A stretch of DNA of 24,000 nt from Thermoplasmatota archaeon. GTDB lineage: Archaea > Thermoplasmatota > Thermoplasmata > Halarchaeoplasmatales > Halarchaeoplasmataceae. Position numbers and translations under genes: made by a program. Positions 1 to 9,400 of this stretch are shown here, piece by piece. Under the pieces are notes generated by a model. It did no database searches. It was not told the origin of the DNA and was given only the letters and a program-made list of their open reading frames with translations. The first letter of the stretch is position 1. Every line of letters starts with the position of its first letter. The stretch lies in assembly GCA_051746905.1 (NCBI GenBank), contig JBNJFO010000001.1:429-24428 (forward strand), written 5' to 3'.

Positions 1-2
1 AC

Positions 3-2948
3 TTACAGGTAAACCAATCGATAGATATCACCGCTGACATCATGAACTCCGGTGGAGAAGACATCACGGATGCGAACGTTGTATTCTATAAAGGTGAACC
101 TTCATCGGGCAACATTATCGATTCGGCCCTCGTGAGCGTCCCAGCAGATTCAAATCAATCCGTTACCGTTTCATGGGAAACACAAGATAGGGGGAATCAT
201 TGGATCTACGTAACGGTCAGCGAGGATCAGGCTAGTGTCAAAGCGCCTATATTCAGCGAGGATTATCAATACGACCTGATAGTTGATGACGAAAACTCAC
301 CATACGAGATCAATGGGAACTTCGGTATCAACGGTTTTATCGTTGTCAAAGAAACGGGAAGGCTGATCATCGAAGGCGAAAGAGGACAAGCAGAATTGGA
401 TATGATGATGGACAATCCAGGCGAATTCAGTATATTCGTGACGGACAACGGTCAGATGACCTTATCCAACACGGTGATCTATTCGGACCTGGATTTCGAT
501 ATCATCGTCGATGAACAGGGGACTTTCACATCTTCACAAAATTCGTTCATCTACCCATCAGCTAAGATACACGGTACGGACGATTGTTCTCTTAACTTCA
601 TGGACAGCGAAGTGGAGAGTTATATCGACATCAAAGGAGGAACATTCACTTCAGAAGGTACCTCTTTCAACTCGCCGTCTTTAGACATCGCACCGAGCAG
701 GATCGACTGCACGAACTCAAGTTTCGCAGATGACTTGAACGACTTCAACGACACCCGAGGGTCACTTACAGCGGTAGAAGTGGACTCGATCGATATGACG
801 GGCAATTCGAGGATCATGCTTTACAGGTGGTTGGAAGTAAACACAGTCAGTAACAGCAGCATATCAATCAACGGAGCGGAAGTGGTCATATCCAGTCAAC
901 TCACGGATTATCAAGCATCAGGGGTTTCTGATTCGGACGGTATGGTCTATATCCCAGCTCTTACCAATATTCTCACATCTGGAGATTTCACATTCGTGGG
1001 TAACTACTTGATCGATTCTACTTACTCCGTGGACAGCGGTGAATACACCATAGACCCAACGGTACAGATGAAACTCCCCGATTATCCGTCTACTGAAAAT
1101 ATAATCCCTGTAACTCTCAGATTCGAAACACTCTATATTCCAGATCTTCACGTTGAAGATGAGAGCGTAACGACCGACATCGGTGAAGTTACTGTTGGTC
1201 AACCGGTACAGATAAGTGCTGAGATAGAGAACCTGGGTGAAGCGGATGCAAGCGATGTCAACGTTCGATTCTATCTAGACGGTGTTGATGAGCCGATAGG
1301 AGAAGAGGTTATCAGTATCAGAAGTGGAGAAATTGAAACTTCCAGCATCACTTGGACATCGACCATGGATGAGACGATGGATGAACATACAAGGACAATC
1401 AGAGTCTATGTAGACCCCAATGTTAGCCCGATAAACGATGCTAACGTAGCTAATAATGAAGGAGAGACCTCCATCACAGTCAAATCGCTTCCGAATCCAG
1501 AATTCACATCAGACATAAATCTGATGGTCGATGAAGAAGTGATCGATCCGATAAATATTACCGAAGGAGATGAGCTCAATATCAGTTTCAGCGTGTTGAA
1601 CTCCGGAGGAACCGACCTGATCAATACATCTGTCCGTATCCAAAATACAGACTACACGATAGCCAACAAGAAGATGGATATATTGGTCGATGAAGAAGTT
1701 ACAGTTTATACGGATTGGCTTGTCGACATCAGTGGTGGAGACAACTTAGTGGTCTCATTGAACACATCTGAGTACTCGGGTATATCCATCAGTCAATCTT
1801 TGGGTATAACCATAGATCCACTTCAACTAGAATTCCAAGAACCCGATATCCCGGACACTAAACAGGAGAAGAACCAGCAGATCACTATTCAAGGAACCCT
1901 CTTAAGGAGACAGGATAACAAACCGATGGAGGGTATAACCGTAAATGCTAGTCTGGTCGATGAGAACGATAATGAAGTAGGTTCCATAGCATCAGGTGAA
2001 ACGAACGCGAACGGCCGATACACCATATTCATAACCACACCAAATAAAGCAGGTGAATACAGAGTTCAACTGACTGCAGAGCATCCTAATTTCGAAGATG
2101 CACATGTAAGTGATCAATCGTTCCAAGTAACAGGTGGCGAAGGAGGTATCCCCTTGTGGCTCATAGCTGTGATATTGGTCGCTGCAGCGGGAGCAAGCTT
2201 CGGAGGTATACTGCTTTACTTAAGATACAAAGGCCTTGGAGAATGGGTCGAGTGCGGCGAATGTGGTGCGACCATACCAGCGGACTCGAACAAATGTCCA
2301 AAGTGTGGTACTGAATTCGAGATGGATACCGTCAAGTGCAGCGAATGTGGTGAGTGGATACCCGCCGATGCGGATGCGTGTCCACACTGCGGGGCAGAGT
2401 TCATAATGACAGGTGAAGAGGTCGAAGAATACAGCGACAGGATGAAAGAACAATACGAGAAATACGTAGATAAACACAGAAAGGAAGCCAAGAAAGAACT
2501 TGGCGACGAGTTCTCAGAGGATAATTTCATGGATTGGTGGGAAGAACAGCCCACATACCTCACATTCGACGAATGGCTCGAGCGTGAAGAGGAAAGAAGA
2601 AGAAAGGGCGGTATCGAGTGCCCAGAATGTGGTGCTCTCAACAGTGTCGATGACGCTATCTGCCACAAGTGCGGAAGCACTCTGATACATGTTGGTGAAG
2701 AAAAACCATCGCCAGGATTACCAGAGCTCGAAGATGAAGAAGAGAAACCGAAGAAAAAAGTGAAACCAAAGAAGAAGATAGAGAAACCAGAGAAGAAAGA
2801 AGAGAAGGCACCCGAGAAGGCTGAAGAAGAAACGAAGAAAGTGAAACCTAAGAAGGTACAGAAGAAGGTCAAGAAAAAGCCTAAGAGGGTCGCCAAGAAG
2901 GTCAAGAAGAAGGTAGTCAAGAAACCCGGTGAAGAGGAAGAAGAATAA
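3..2948 (+). CDS. Large cell-surface protein, 5' end cut by the window edge. CARDB/Ig-like repeats and a beta-helix-like segment lie outside the cell. One TM helix is followed by a ~240-aa cytoplasmic tail with three zinc ribbons and a Lys-rich C-terminus.
   Basis: The frame stays open from nt 3 (LQVNQSIDITADI precedes the tracked Met at 42), so the ATG at 42 is internal. CARDB-like motifs are present (e.g. VGQPVQISAEIENLGEADASDVNVRFYLDG). The TM helix IPLWLIAVILVAAAGASFGGILLYL is at ~2148-2222. CxxC...CxxC pairs lie at 2253-2393 and 2619-2675. The KKxK tail spans 2730-2945. Confidence 0.85.
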   Translation, partial: LQVNQSIDITADIMNSGGEDITDANVVFYKGEPSSGNIIDSALVSVPADSNQSVTVSWETQDRGNHWIYVTVSEDQASVKAPIFSEDYQYDLIVDDENSPYEINGNFGINGFIVVKETGRLIIEGERGQAELDMMMDNPGEFSIFVTDNGQMTLSNTVIYSDLDFDIIVDEQGTFTSSQNSFIYPSAKIHGTDDCSLNFMDSEVESYIDIKGGTFTSEGTSFNSPSLDIAPSRIDCTNSSFADDLNDFNDTRGSLTAVEVDSIDMTGNSRIMLYRWLEVNTVSNSSISINGAEVVISSQLTDYQASGVSDSDGMVYIPALTNILTSGDFTFVGNYLIDSTYSVDSGEYTIDPTVQMKLPDYPSTENIIPVTLRFETLYIPDLHVEDESVTTDIGEVTVGQPVQISAEIENLGEADASDVNVRFYLDGVDEPIGEEVISIRSGEIETSSITWTSTMDETMDEHTRTIRVYVDPNVSPINDANVANNEGETSITVKSLPNPEFTSDINLMVDEEVIDPINITEGDELNISFSVLNSGGTDLINTSVRIQNTDYTIANKKMDILVDEEVTVYTDWLVDISGGDNLVVSLNTSEYSGISISQSLGITIDPLQLEFQEPDIPDTKQEKNQQITIQGTLLRRQDNKPMEGITVNASLVDENDNEVGSIASGETNANGRYTIFITTPNKAGEYRVQLTAEHPNFEDAHVSDQSFQVTGGEGGIPLWLIAVILVAAAGASFGGILLYLRYKGLGEWVECGECGATIPADSNKCPKCGTEFEMDTVKCSECGEWIPADADACPHCGAEFIMTGEEVEEYSDRMKEQYEKYVDKHRKEAKKELGDEFSEDNFMDWWEEQPTYLTFDEWLEREEERRRKGGIECPECGALNSVDDAICHKCGSTLIHVGEEKPSPGLPELEDEEEKPKKKVKPKKKIEKPEKKEEKAPEKAEEETKKVKPKKVQKKVKKKPKRVAKKVKKKVVKKPGEEEEE

Positions 2949-2956
2949 AACCACTT

Positions 2957-2990
2957 CCAAAAAACCCCTTCTTTTTACTAATTTTTTTAT
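2957..2990. terminator. Putative bidirectional oligo-T/oligo-A terminator between convergent genes
   Basis: CCAAAAAACCCCTTCTTTTT is followed by a T7 run directly after the TAA at 2946-2948. A near-identical motif follows the other large surface gene at 16115-16136. Archaeal termination at oligo-T is established. Confidence 0.4.
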
Positions 2991-3014
2991 CCGATAGATT
3001 GTGCAGAATATCAT

Positions 3015-3043
3015 AAAAAAATGATCGTATTAAGAATACGATC
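3015..3043 (-). terminator. Hairpin plus T7 run read on the minus strand; candidate terminator of the pilus-like operon or of a small RNA
   Basis: A perfect 9-bp stem (gatcgtatt/aatacgatc, 3023-3043) has a 3-nt loop. On the minus strand it is followed by aTTTTTTT (plus-strand A-run 3015-3021). Confidence 0.4.
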
Positions 3044-3155
3044 TCAAATACGAAAATTTGTGACCGTAAGATAAGATGAGCGAACTGACTTACGTCCCCG
3101 GACAGGGTTTGTTATCCCCTTGTCCCCCTGTTCTATATATTATATAGACTCACAC

Positions 3156-4043
3156 TCATACTGAAATCGTCATATCTACCGTAGCTAATGTCACCTTTAT
3201 CTCTTCTATATCCATGTAAGCTCTAGATAGATCCACTGTTATCCTGTTCCCGGAAACGGTTATCTCTTTGCTCTTCAGGTCCGTCTCGTTCAACAGCCAT
3301 CCCTTCCAAGCTGAGGGGTAATATGTCCTCAGAGAGATTGTCGTGTTCGATATCTGACTCTCATTCCGGTCCTGGAAAGTACTTCTGAAGGTCCCTAACA
3401 ACTCAGTAGTGACTCCTACCGAGCCGGCCCCACCAATATTTCTCTGCTCTCCTCTTATATCCACCAGATTGACGTTCAAGTAATAAGAGCCGGATTTGTT
3501 CTGTATGTCTATAGGCGGGTTAGCTCTTATAAGCGAATCCTCACTGCTGCCCTGTTCTAAAAGTATAGCACCGTACTCGTATACGATCTTCTGTTCTTCG
3601 AAATATCTGTTCATAACTTCCAATGACATGTTACCGCTGGCTGAGAAATCCAGGGGCTCGTCATAATCAGAACTGTTGAAATATAGATTGAACTCGCCAC
3701 TACCCGGTCTAGCTCTCATTATCCCAGGGGACGAACTCGCAAATAAGGGAACACCTTCGGAACCCAATTTGAATGAGGAATACAAGGGATAGTCTGTGAA
3801 ATCGTTCATAACCAGGTTGTCGATGTTACCTTTCAAGTATGAAAATTGCATCATCACGTCATCCATGTGGTATGCTTCTTTATCCTCCATCCATACCGGA
3901 ACGTACTGCTGAGTTATGAGTGATAACAAACTCAAGAAAACGAGCAAAGCCATTATCGTACCAACCGTTGTGGCCACTCCCTCATCATCGTCCTTTAGAC
4001 CGGATCTCCTGAGCCTTATCCGTTTGATTTCTTTATTTTTCAT
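3156..4043 (-). CDS. Pilin-like / pilus-associated protein with an N-terminal class-III-like hydrophobic helix
   Basis: ATG at 4043 is preceded by AGGGG. The basic N-terminus (MKNKEIKRIRLRRSGLKDDDEG) is followed by VATTVGTIMALLVFLSLLSLI, and the rest is soluble and beta-rich. It is the last gene of the ATPase/platform operon, 21 nt after the upstream stop. Confidence 0.7.
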   Translation of the reverse strand: MKNKEIKRIRLRRSGLKDDDEGVATTVGTIMALLVFLSLLSLITQQYVPVWMEDKEAYHMDDVMMQFSYLKGNIDNLVMNDFTDYPLYSSFKLGSEGVPLFASSSPGIMRARPGSGEFNLYFNSSDYDEPLDFSASGNMSLEVMNRYFEEQKIVYEYGAILLEQGSSEDSLIRANPPIDIQNKSGSYYLNVNLVDIRGEQRNIGGAGSVGVTTELLGTFRSTFQDRNESQISNTTISLRTYYPSAWKGWLLNETDLKSKEITVSGNRITVDLSRAYMDIEEIKVTLATVDMTISV

Positions 4044-4064
4044 AGGTAATCCCCTTTCTCAAAA

Positions 4065-5696
4065 TCATTCTTCCATCTCTTCTTTTACCATCTCGATAAC
4101 TGATTCTTTATCCCTATAATATGAGGACGTGATCTGAGCGAACTCCTTGTAATTGGTGATGTCGTTCTTATTTAGATAATCGAGTACCATCTTCCTCCTC
4201 TTCACTTCTCTCTCCATCTGACGGGAGGTCCAATTTTTAGATTCGGCAACTTTACTATAGATATAACTGTGCCCGCTGTAATTGAAAGAATCATCCGCTG
4301 GATTCCACGAATATGCATCGTTGGTGATCAGTTCGTTGGTCTCCGGTTCAACCCCGACTATCTCGGTGATCGCTTTGATCCTTCTGACCATCCCTTTCCC
4401 TACTTTCACTTTAGCCTGCAGCAAAACAACATCTAAAGCTGCAACGAGAGCACGTGGTAAGTTGATAGGGTCGTTCTCCATCCTGTTAACCATGGTCTGG
4501 ACATCGTCTGCGTGGAAAGTGGTATACGCAGCTTTACCCGTTGCCATGGCCTGGAAAACGACGTAAGCTTCTGCACCTCTTACCTCCCCCACCATCATGT
4601 ACTGAGGCCTCTGCCTGAGAGCTGCCTGTAGAAGTTCGAACATATTTATCTCTCCGGCCTTCTTACCGGTTTCATCGGTCTCACCGAATCCGCTCCTAGT
4701 AAGAAGAGGGACCCAGTTATCATGGGGGAGATTTAGTTCTCTCGTATCTTCTATGCTCACGATCTTCATCTGAGGAGGTATGAACAGTAATATGGCATTC
4801 AGTGTTGTCGTTTTACCAGAAGCAGTACCTCCGCATATAAGCATAGATTGACCGTTCTCGATAGCTATCCAAGCGTAGGCCATCATCTCCGGGCTGAACG
4901 TCTTGAAATGTGTTAGATTGATAGGCGTGTATGGTTCTTCCTCGAAACGCCTGATAGTGAACGATGAACCGCGCTGAGTTACATGTGTTCCCAGAGTTTC
5001 CTGAAGTCTAGAACCGTCGGGCATCGTCGCATCTAACATGGGATCTGACACGGATATGTGCTTACCAGATCGCTGTGCGACCCATATAACGAAATTGTCG
5101 AGTTCTTCAGCATTATCGAAGATAACATTGGATTTCATGGAGCCGTATTTCCTGTGGAAAACGTATATGGGTATACCCACGCCATCGCAAGAAATATCTT
5201 CTGGATCTACATCATTCATGATCACATCTATAGCTCCGAACCCGAGGAAATCCCTCTTTATGTAATACATCAATCTCTGTTTAGTGACTTTCTTCAAAGA
5301 TAGTTCCAGGTCGTGAAGGATCTGGTTCACCTTTTCCTCTAGATATCCCTCTCTTTGTTCATTTGTTTCCATTTCTGTTAATTCGACTCTATCTACAAGA
5401 TTATCTTTCAATGTCTCCAATAGGGTCTGTTCATCCTCATCTAGGTCCGGTTCTATCACTTCATAGATATACTCGTTTGAAACGTTATCGTATTTGATCC
5501 TAACATAAGTATACGGTTCATTCACGGGATTGATCTCGATCTCCTTGATATTTTCATCTGCTATCTTCGGGATGTCGGTTACTTTATTCTTCTGTTCTCC
5601 TTTGACTTCGTTCGAAGACAAGTAAACCTTCTTGGGTTTGCTGTTGCCGGAGATTGAAATTAGTTTTTGTTTTATCTTATCTGTTATAGTGGCCAT
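4065..5696 (-). CDS. Type IV filament assembly ATPase, FlaI/PilB (T2SSE) family, paralog A2
   Basis: Walker A GGTASGKT (4832-4809), Walker B-like MMVGEVRGAE, His-box TTFHADD, and an N-terminal YIYEVIEPDL motif typical of archaeal FlaI-like ATPases. GAGGT SD lies upstream of ATG 5696. Confidence 0.95.
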   Translation of the reverse strand: MATITDKIKQKLISISGNSKPKKVYLSSNEVKGEQKNKVTDIPKIADENIKEIEINPVNEPYTYVRIKYDNVSNEYIYEVIEPDLDEDEQTLLETLKDNLVDRVELTEMETNEQREGYLEEKVNQILHDLELSLKKVTKQRLMYYIKRDFLGFGAIDVIMNDVDPEDISCDGVGIPIYVFHRKYGSMKSNVIFDNAEELDNFVIWVAQRSGKHISVSDPMLDATMPDGSRLQETLGTHVTQRGSSFTIRRFEEEPYTPINLTHFKTFSPEMMAYAWIAIENGQSMLICGGTASGKTTTLNAILLFIPPQMKIVSIEDTRELNLPHDNWVPLLTRSGFGETDETGKKAGEINMFELLQAALRQRPQYMMVGEVRGAEAYVVFQAMATGKAAYTTFHADDVQTMVNRMENDPINLPRALVAALDVVLLQAKVKVGKGMVRRIKAITEIVGVEPETNELITNDAYSWNPADDSFNYSGHSYIYSKVAESKNWTSRQMEREVKRRKMVLDYLNKNDITNYKEFAQITSSYYRDKESVIEMVKEEMEE

Positions 5697-5707
5697 GTTA
5701 TTCTACC

Positions 5708-6649
5708 TCACATCAATCCTATTCCTCCGAACATCACTCTCAATGCTATGAACCCCATAAGCGTCAGTATGAAGCTGTGCTGCATACCCGTTGCGATCTT
5801 TCCCTTCTGGAGTACACCCGCTACAAGGCCGTCTCCCAAAGCGTGAGCGAACACAGCCAAAGTGAATATGTATTTGATGGTGGGTATCCTACTGGTTTCT
5901 ATCTGTGCACCACCCATGCCACCTCCTCCCGATGCTACATCCGAACCGCTGCTGATTTCGGTTTCTTCTAATTGTGCACCGGCTTCAGCCATCTGTGCAA
6001 GGAACTGAGTATTTAATATTATGATAACTACGATGAAAACAGCAAAGGATATGTAGATAACAGCCAGATAAGAGGTCATAGCGATCCTCTGTTCGTCTTC
6101 TGAAAGATGCACTTCTTTGGTATCGTGGGAAACCATCGTAAGAACATCCGCCACGTTACCACCGGCGTCGTTCGCTTTTATGATGATGGCGACGACCCTG
6201 TTGACAAGTGGTGTGTCTATCCTTTCGGAAAACAACTCCAAAGCTTCAGAAGCTGGTACCCCCCAATCTATTTGGGCCGCCATCTTCTCGATCTCAGGTG
6301 TCAAACTGCCGTACCTACCAGAAGCTGATACGACTATCGCGTCGGCCAGTGTCATACCGAACCTGCCGGCTTCAGCGACATCCCTGAGAAAGTCCGGTAA
6401 TCTTCTCTCGATCCTCTCGATCTCAGCCTGTTTTTTGTTTACATAAAAACCTACTGGCCCTAGGAAGGCCATGGCTGCCAACATAGCCCAATCTATCGGA
6501 TCTAATGGTATAGGAGCCGCTTCTAATGCATCTAAAATCATGATGAACCCCAAAGCTGCAGCTACGACTGAGGACACTATCAAGATCTCTTTTGTTTTCC
6601 CCAAGTTGAGGAACTTTTCCCACGCTGACCTTTCAGTTTTCCGAGGCAT
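5708..6649 (-). CDS. Half-size type IV filament platform protein (single T2SSF domain, TadC/FlaJ-like), P2
   Basis: Contains the LPDFLRDVAEAG...ALELFSERI...GGNVADVL T2SSF-type core plus flanking TM helices. ATG 6649 lies 8 nt after the P1 stop and has a GTGAT SD. The ORF track's start at 6679 is a TTG and is less likely. Confidence 0.88.
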   Translation of the reverse strand: MPRKTERSAWEKFLNLGKTKEILIVSSVVAAALGFIMILDALEAAPIPLDPIDWAMLAAMAFLGPVGFYVNKKQAEIERIERRLPDFLRDVAEAGRFGMTLADAIVVSASGRYGSLTPEIEKMAAQIDWGVPASEALELFSERIDTPLVNRVVAIIIKANDAGGNVADVLTMVSHDTKEVHLSEDEQRIAMTSYLAVIYISFAVFIVVIIILNTQFLAQMAEAGAQLEETEISSGSDVASGGGGMGGAQIETSRIPTIKYIFTLAVFAHALGDGLVAGVLQKGKIATGMQHSFILTLMGFIALRVMFGGIGLM

Positions 6650-6657
6650 CGATATCA

Positions 6658-7683
6658 CTAATCCTGATTTATCAACCAAATAATGAATATGAATCCTGCT
6701 TGTGAGCCGGGTATCATGATCCCAACTATAGCATAAAGTAAAGGTATCGGATTTCCGCCTCCCATCCCACTCATGATCGCCATGATCGCCATTATAACCA
6801 CAAGGAAGAGTGGGAAAGCTACGACAACAGTTACAAACGACTCTGCCATCATACCCAAAGTTTCCATCTTCTGCTGAACGACGAGTTTCCTGCTGTCCTG
6901 GTACTCCTGTAACTTATTGGTAAAATAAGGCTTGAGCTTACCACCAGACCTCGATGTCGTTATAACACCCTGTATGAAATCTCTGAATTTGTCTGATGGG
7001 GTCCTGTCAGCCGCTCTCTGTAAGGCGCTCAATATATCGATACCGAGAAGTTCGGTATCTCTGGTGATCCACTCTGCTTCTTCCCTGACCTCCCCGTATA
7101 GTGGTTGTCTTGAAAGTTCTTTGAATATAAGATCTATGTTAACGTCTGCAGATGCCATGGATGCGATGAAACTCATGGCGTCTGGTAATTTTTTATCTAT
7201 CTTTTTAGCACGGCTGTTGGCCGCCATACCCGGTGCCGCCATCAAGCCGAAGTAAGTAGCGATCGGTAGAACAACCGCTACAATAGCTCCAGCGCCGAAG
7301 AGGAGCCAACCGAAATTCAATATCTGATCCAATATCGGCCCTATGACAATACCCGCTCCAATCCCGCCGACCAGGGCCAATATTGTGCTCATCCAAACGT
7401 ATGATATATACTCTTCAACTCTGATCTTCTTATGAGCCTTCAAAAGGTCATCTTCCAGTTCTTCGTTCTCTACTTTCTTTCTTTTGACTATGTGACCCAA
7501 TGTCCTCCAGCAGAACTGCTGGTAAGGTGTGAGATCAAGATATTCCGGTACCGCCTCTTTTGGTAACCTTACAACATGAGGTCCGTATTTTTCTATCCTA
7601 TCGCTGGGTTTTACTCTCTTCGTAGATATGAAATCGTCTTTGGAAAAGCTTAGTTTCTTGAAGGTGTCCTGTATCTCGACCAT
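6658..7683 (-). CDS. Half-size type IV filament platform protein (single T2SSF domain, TadB/FlaJ-like), P1
   Basis: Contains the LPDAMSFIASMASADV...ALQRAADRTPS...GGKLKPYF T2SSF-type core with TM helices. ATG 7683 overlaps the TGA of A1 (TGATG) and is preceded by GAGGTGAT. The tracked start at 7686 is a GTG one codon upstream. Confidence 0.88.
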   Translation of the reverse strand: MVEIQDTFKKLSFSKDDFISTKRVKPSDRIEKYGPHVVRLPKEAVPEYLDLTPYQQFCWRTLGHIVKRKKVENEELEDDLLKAHKKIRVEEYISYVWMSTILALVGGIGAGIVIGPILDQILNFGWLLFGAGAIVAVVLPIATYFGLMAAPGMAANSRAKKIDKKLPDAMSFIASMASADVNIDLIFKELSRQPLYGEVREEAEWITRDTELLGIDILSALQRAADRTPSDKFRDFIQGVITTSRSGGKLKPYFTNKLQEYQDSRKLVVQQKMETLGMMAESFVTVVVAFPLFLVVIMAIMAIMSGMGGGNPIPLLYAIVGIMIPGSQAGFIFIIWLINQD

Positions 7684-9374
7684 CACTTATCACCTCTTAT
7701 CCTAGCGAGTGTTTCCTCCGGCTCCTTGTAATATGATGTTACTATCTTCGCGATCTCTTTGTAATGGGTCATACCCTTGTTCACCATGTACTCGATTATC
7801 TCGACACGGTCACCGAATTCCTCGTTCATCTCCTCCTGGGTCCAGTTCTTCATCTCCGTTATCTCGTCGAAGTTGAAACTGTGACCTTTGTAAACGAAAC
7901 CGTCAGATTTCCTGTTCCATTCGAAAACTGTGTTCGTGATAAGTTCGTCGCTCTCCGGTTCGAAACCAACCAGTTCGGTTATCTCCTGGATCCTTCTGAC
8001 CTCTTCTCCTTCCACTCTAGCGAAGGTCTGGATTATAACGAATTTGAGAGCGGTCAATAGAACACGTGGGCAGTTGATAGGTGGGTTCTCCAGCCTGTGC
8101 ACCATAGATTCGACAGAGTCCGCGTGCATGGTACTGTATGTTGTGTGACCCGTCGCCATGGCCTGGAACATCGTGTTGGCCTCCTTACCTCTGACCTCAC
8201 CGACGATTATGTAATCAGGCCTCTGCCTCAAAGCGTTCCTAACGAGATCGTACATGGTGACTTCGCCGGGCGCTCTTCCTTCGGGCCCCCTTTTGGTCCC
8301 GCTTCCCGTCCTGGTCGTGCTGGGTATCCAGTTCTCCTGTGGAAGGTTGATCTCTCTGGTATCCTCCAAGGAAACTATCTTCGGACCGGGTGGGATGAAC
8401 AGTGAAGCCGCATTCAGTGTAGCTGTTTTACCGCAGGCAGTACCTCCCGCTACGATCATGGATTTCTCGTTCTCGACCATGAGCCACATGTAGGCTACCA
8501 TCTCCGGAGATGCGGTATTATAAGTGACCAATTTGACCGGCGTGAACGGTTCTTCCTTGTACCGCCTGATGGTTATAGATGAACCCCTGGTGGACACTTC
8601 CTTAGCATAGGTCGCCTGAACCCTGTGCCCTTCTTTAGTGGTCCCATCCAAAATCGGCGTAGAAACGGAAACCTGTTTTCCACATCTCTGACCCAACTGG
8701 ATGATATAATTGTTCAACCTGTCTTCGTTCTCGAATTTTACATCTGTTTTAACGGATTCGTATTTAGAATGATATATGAAAAGAGGGATATCTATACCGT
8801 CACAAGAAAGATCCTCTACCTGATCATCACTCATAAGAACGTCTAGAGGACCATATCTTACGTAATCTCTGAGGATGTGGTATATGACCCTTTTCTCGGA
8901 TTTTTTATCTAGCTTGATCCCCCTGCTCTCGATATAGCTTTCAACACTCTCCCTCAAAAATTCTTCCTTGTCCTTCTCTTCCATCTTCTCCCAATCATAA
9001 GATAATGTCCTGTCCAGTGTATCTTTGATAAGTTTGAACATCCTTTGTTCTTTCTCGTTCAGGTCGGGTTCGATGGCTTGATATAAGTAATCTTTATCAT
9101 CTTCATCATATAATATTCTAGCGTAGCTGTATGGCGGTCTTATAGGGATTATCTCCTTTACGGTTATGTTCTCTCCCTCGATTGTCGGTAGTCTGGTATA
9201 GTCAGATATCCAGCCACCTTCTCCCTTCTCTACCATCTTCTTATTCTCGACTTCTGATTTAGGTAATTTCACCCTTTTAGGTCCTTTAGAACTAAATAAG
9301 GAAGTAAGCATACCCAATGGATTTTTTGATTTAGTTGAAGTTTTATCCTTTCCGGGGCTCGCCATTATAACCAC
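7683..9374 (-). CDS. Type IV filament assembly ATPase, FlaI/PilB (T2SSE) family, paralog A1
   Basis: Walker A GGTACGKT (8447-8424), IIVGEVRGKE, His-box STMHADS, and the YLYQAIEPDL motif. The start is either GTG 9374 or ATG 9365. Confidence 0.95.
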   Translation of the reverse strand: MVIMASPGKDKTSTKSKNPLGMLTSLFSSKGPKRVKLPKSEVENKKMVEKGEGGWISDYTRLPTIEGENITVKEIIPIRPPYSYARILYDEDDKDYLYQAIEPDLNEKEQRMFKLIKDTLDRTLSYDWEKMEEKDKEEFLRESVESYIESRGIKLDKKSEKRVIYHILRDYVRYGPLDVLMSDDQVEDLSCDGIDIPLFIYHSKYESVKTDVKFENEDRLNNYIIQLGQRCGKQVSVSTPILDGTTKEGHRVQATYAKEVSTRGSSITIRRYKEEPFTPVKLVTYNTASPEMVAYMWLMVENEKSMIVAGGTACGKTATLNAASLFIPPGPKIVSLEDTREINLPQENWIPSTTRTGSGTKRGPEGRAPGEVTMYDLVRNALRQRPDYIIVGEVRGKEANTMFQAMATGHTTYSTMHADSVESMVHRLENPPINCPRVLLTALKFVIIQTFARVEGEEVRRIQEITELVGFEPESDELITNTVFEWNRKSDGFVYKGHSFNFDEITEMKNWTQEEMNEEFGDRVEIIEYMVNKGMTHYKEIAKIVTSYYKEPEETLARIRGDK

Positions 9375-9400
9375 ACCGCTATCTATCTCTACATTGCATT

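Noticed and set aside
2216-3014. Long minus-strand ORFs (234 aa, 85 aa, 98 aa) antisense to the 3' end of the first surface-protein gene
   Set aside because: They are products of the polypurine/polypyrimidine low-complexity tract that encodes the Lys-rich tail. The translations are F/S/L-rich nonsense (FFLTFFCTFLGFTFF), and the sense-strand zinc ribbons are clearly real.
5900-5960. Gly-rich stretch (SGGGGMGGAQ) in platform protein P2 as a possible repeat or frameshift site
   Set aside because: The reading frame is continuous, and T2SSF-type sequence is present on both sides. It is probably just a flexible loop.
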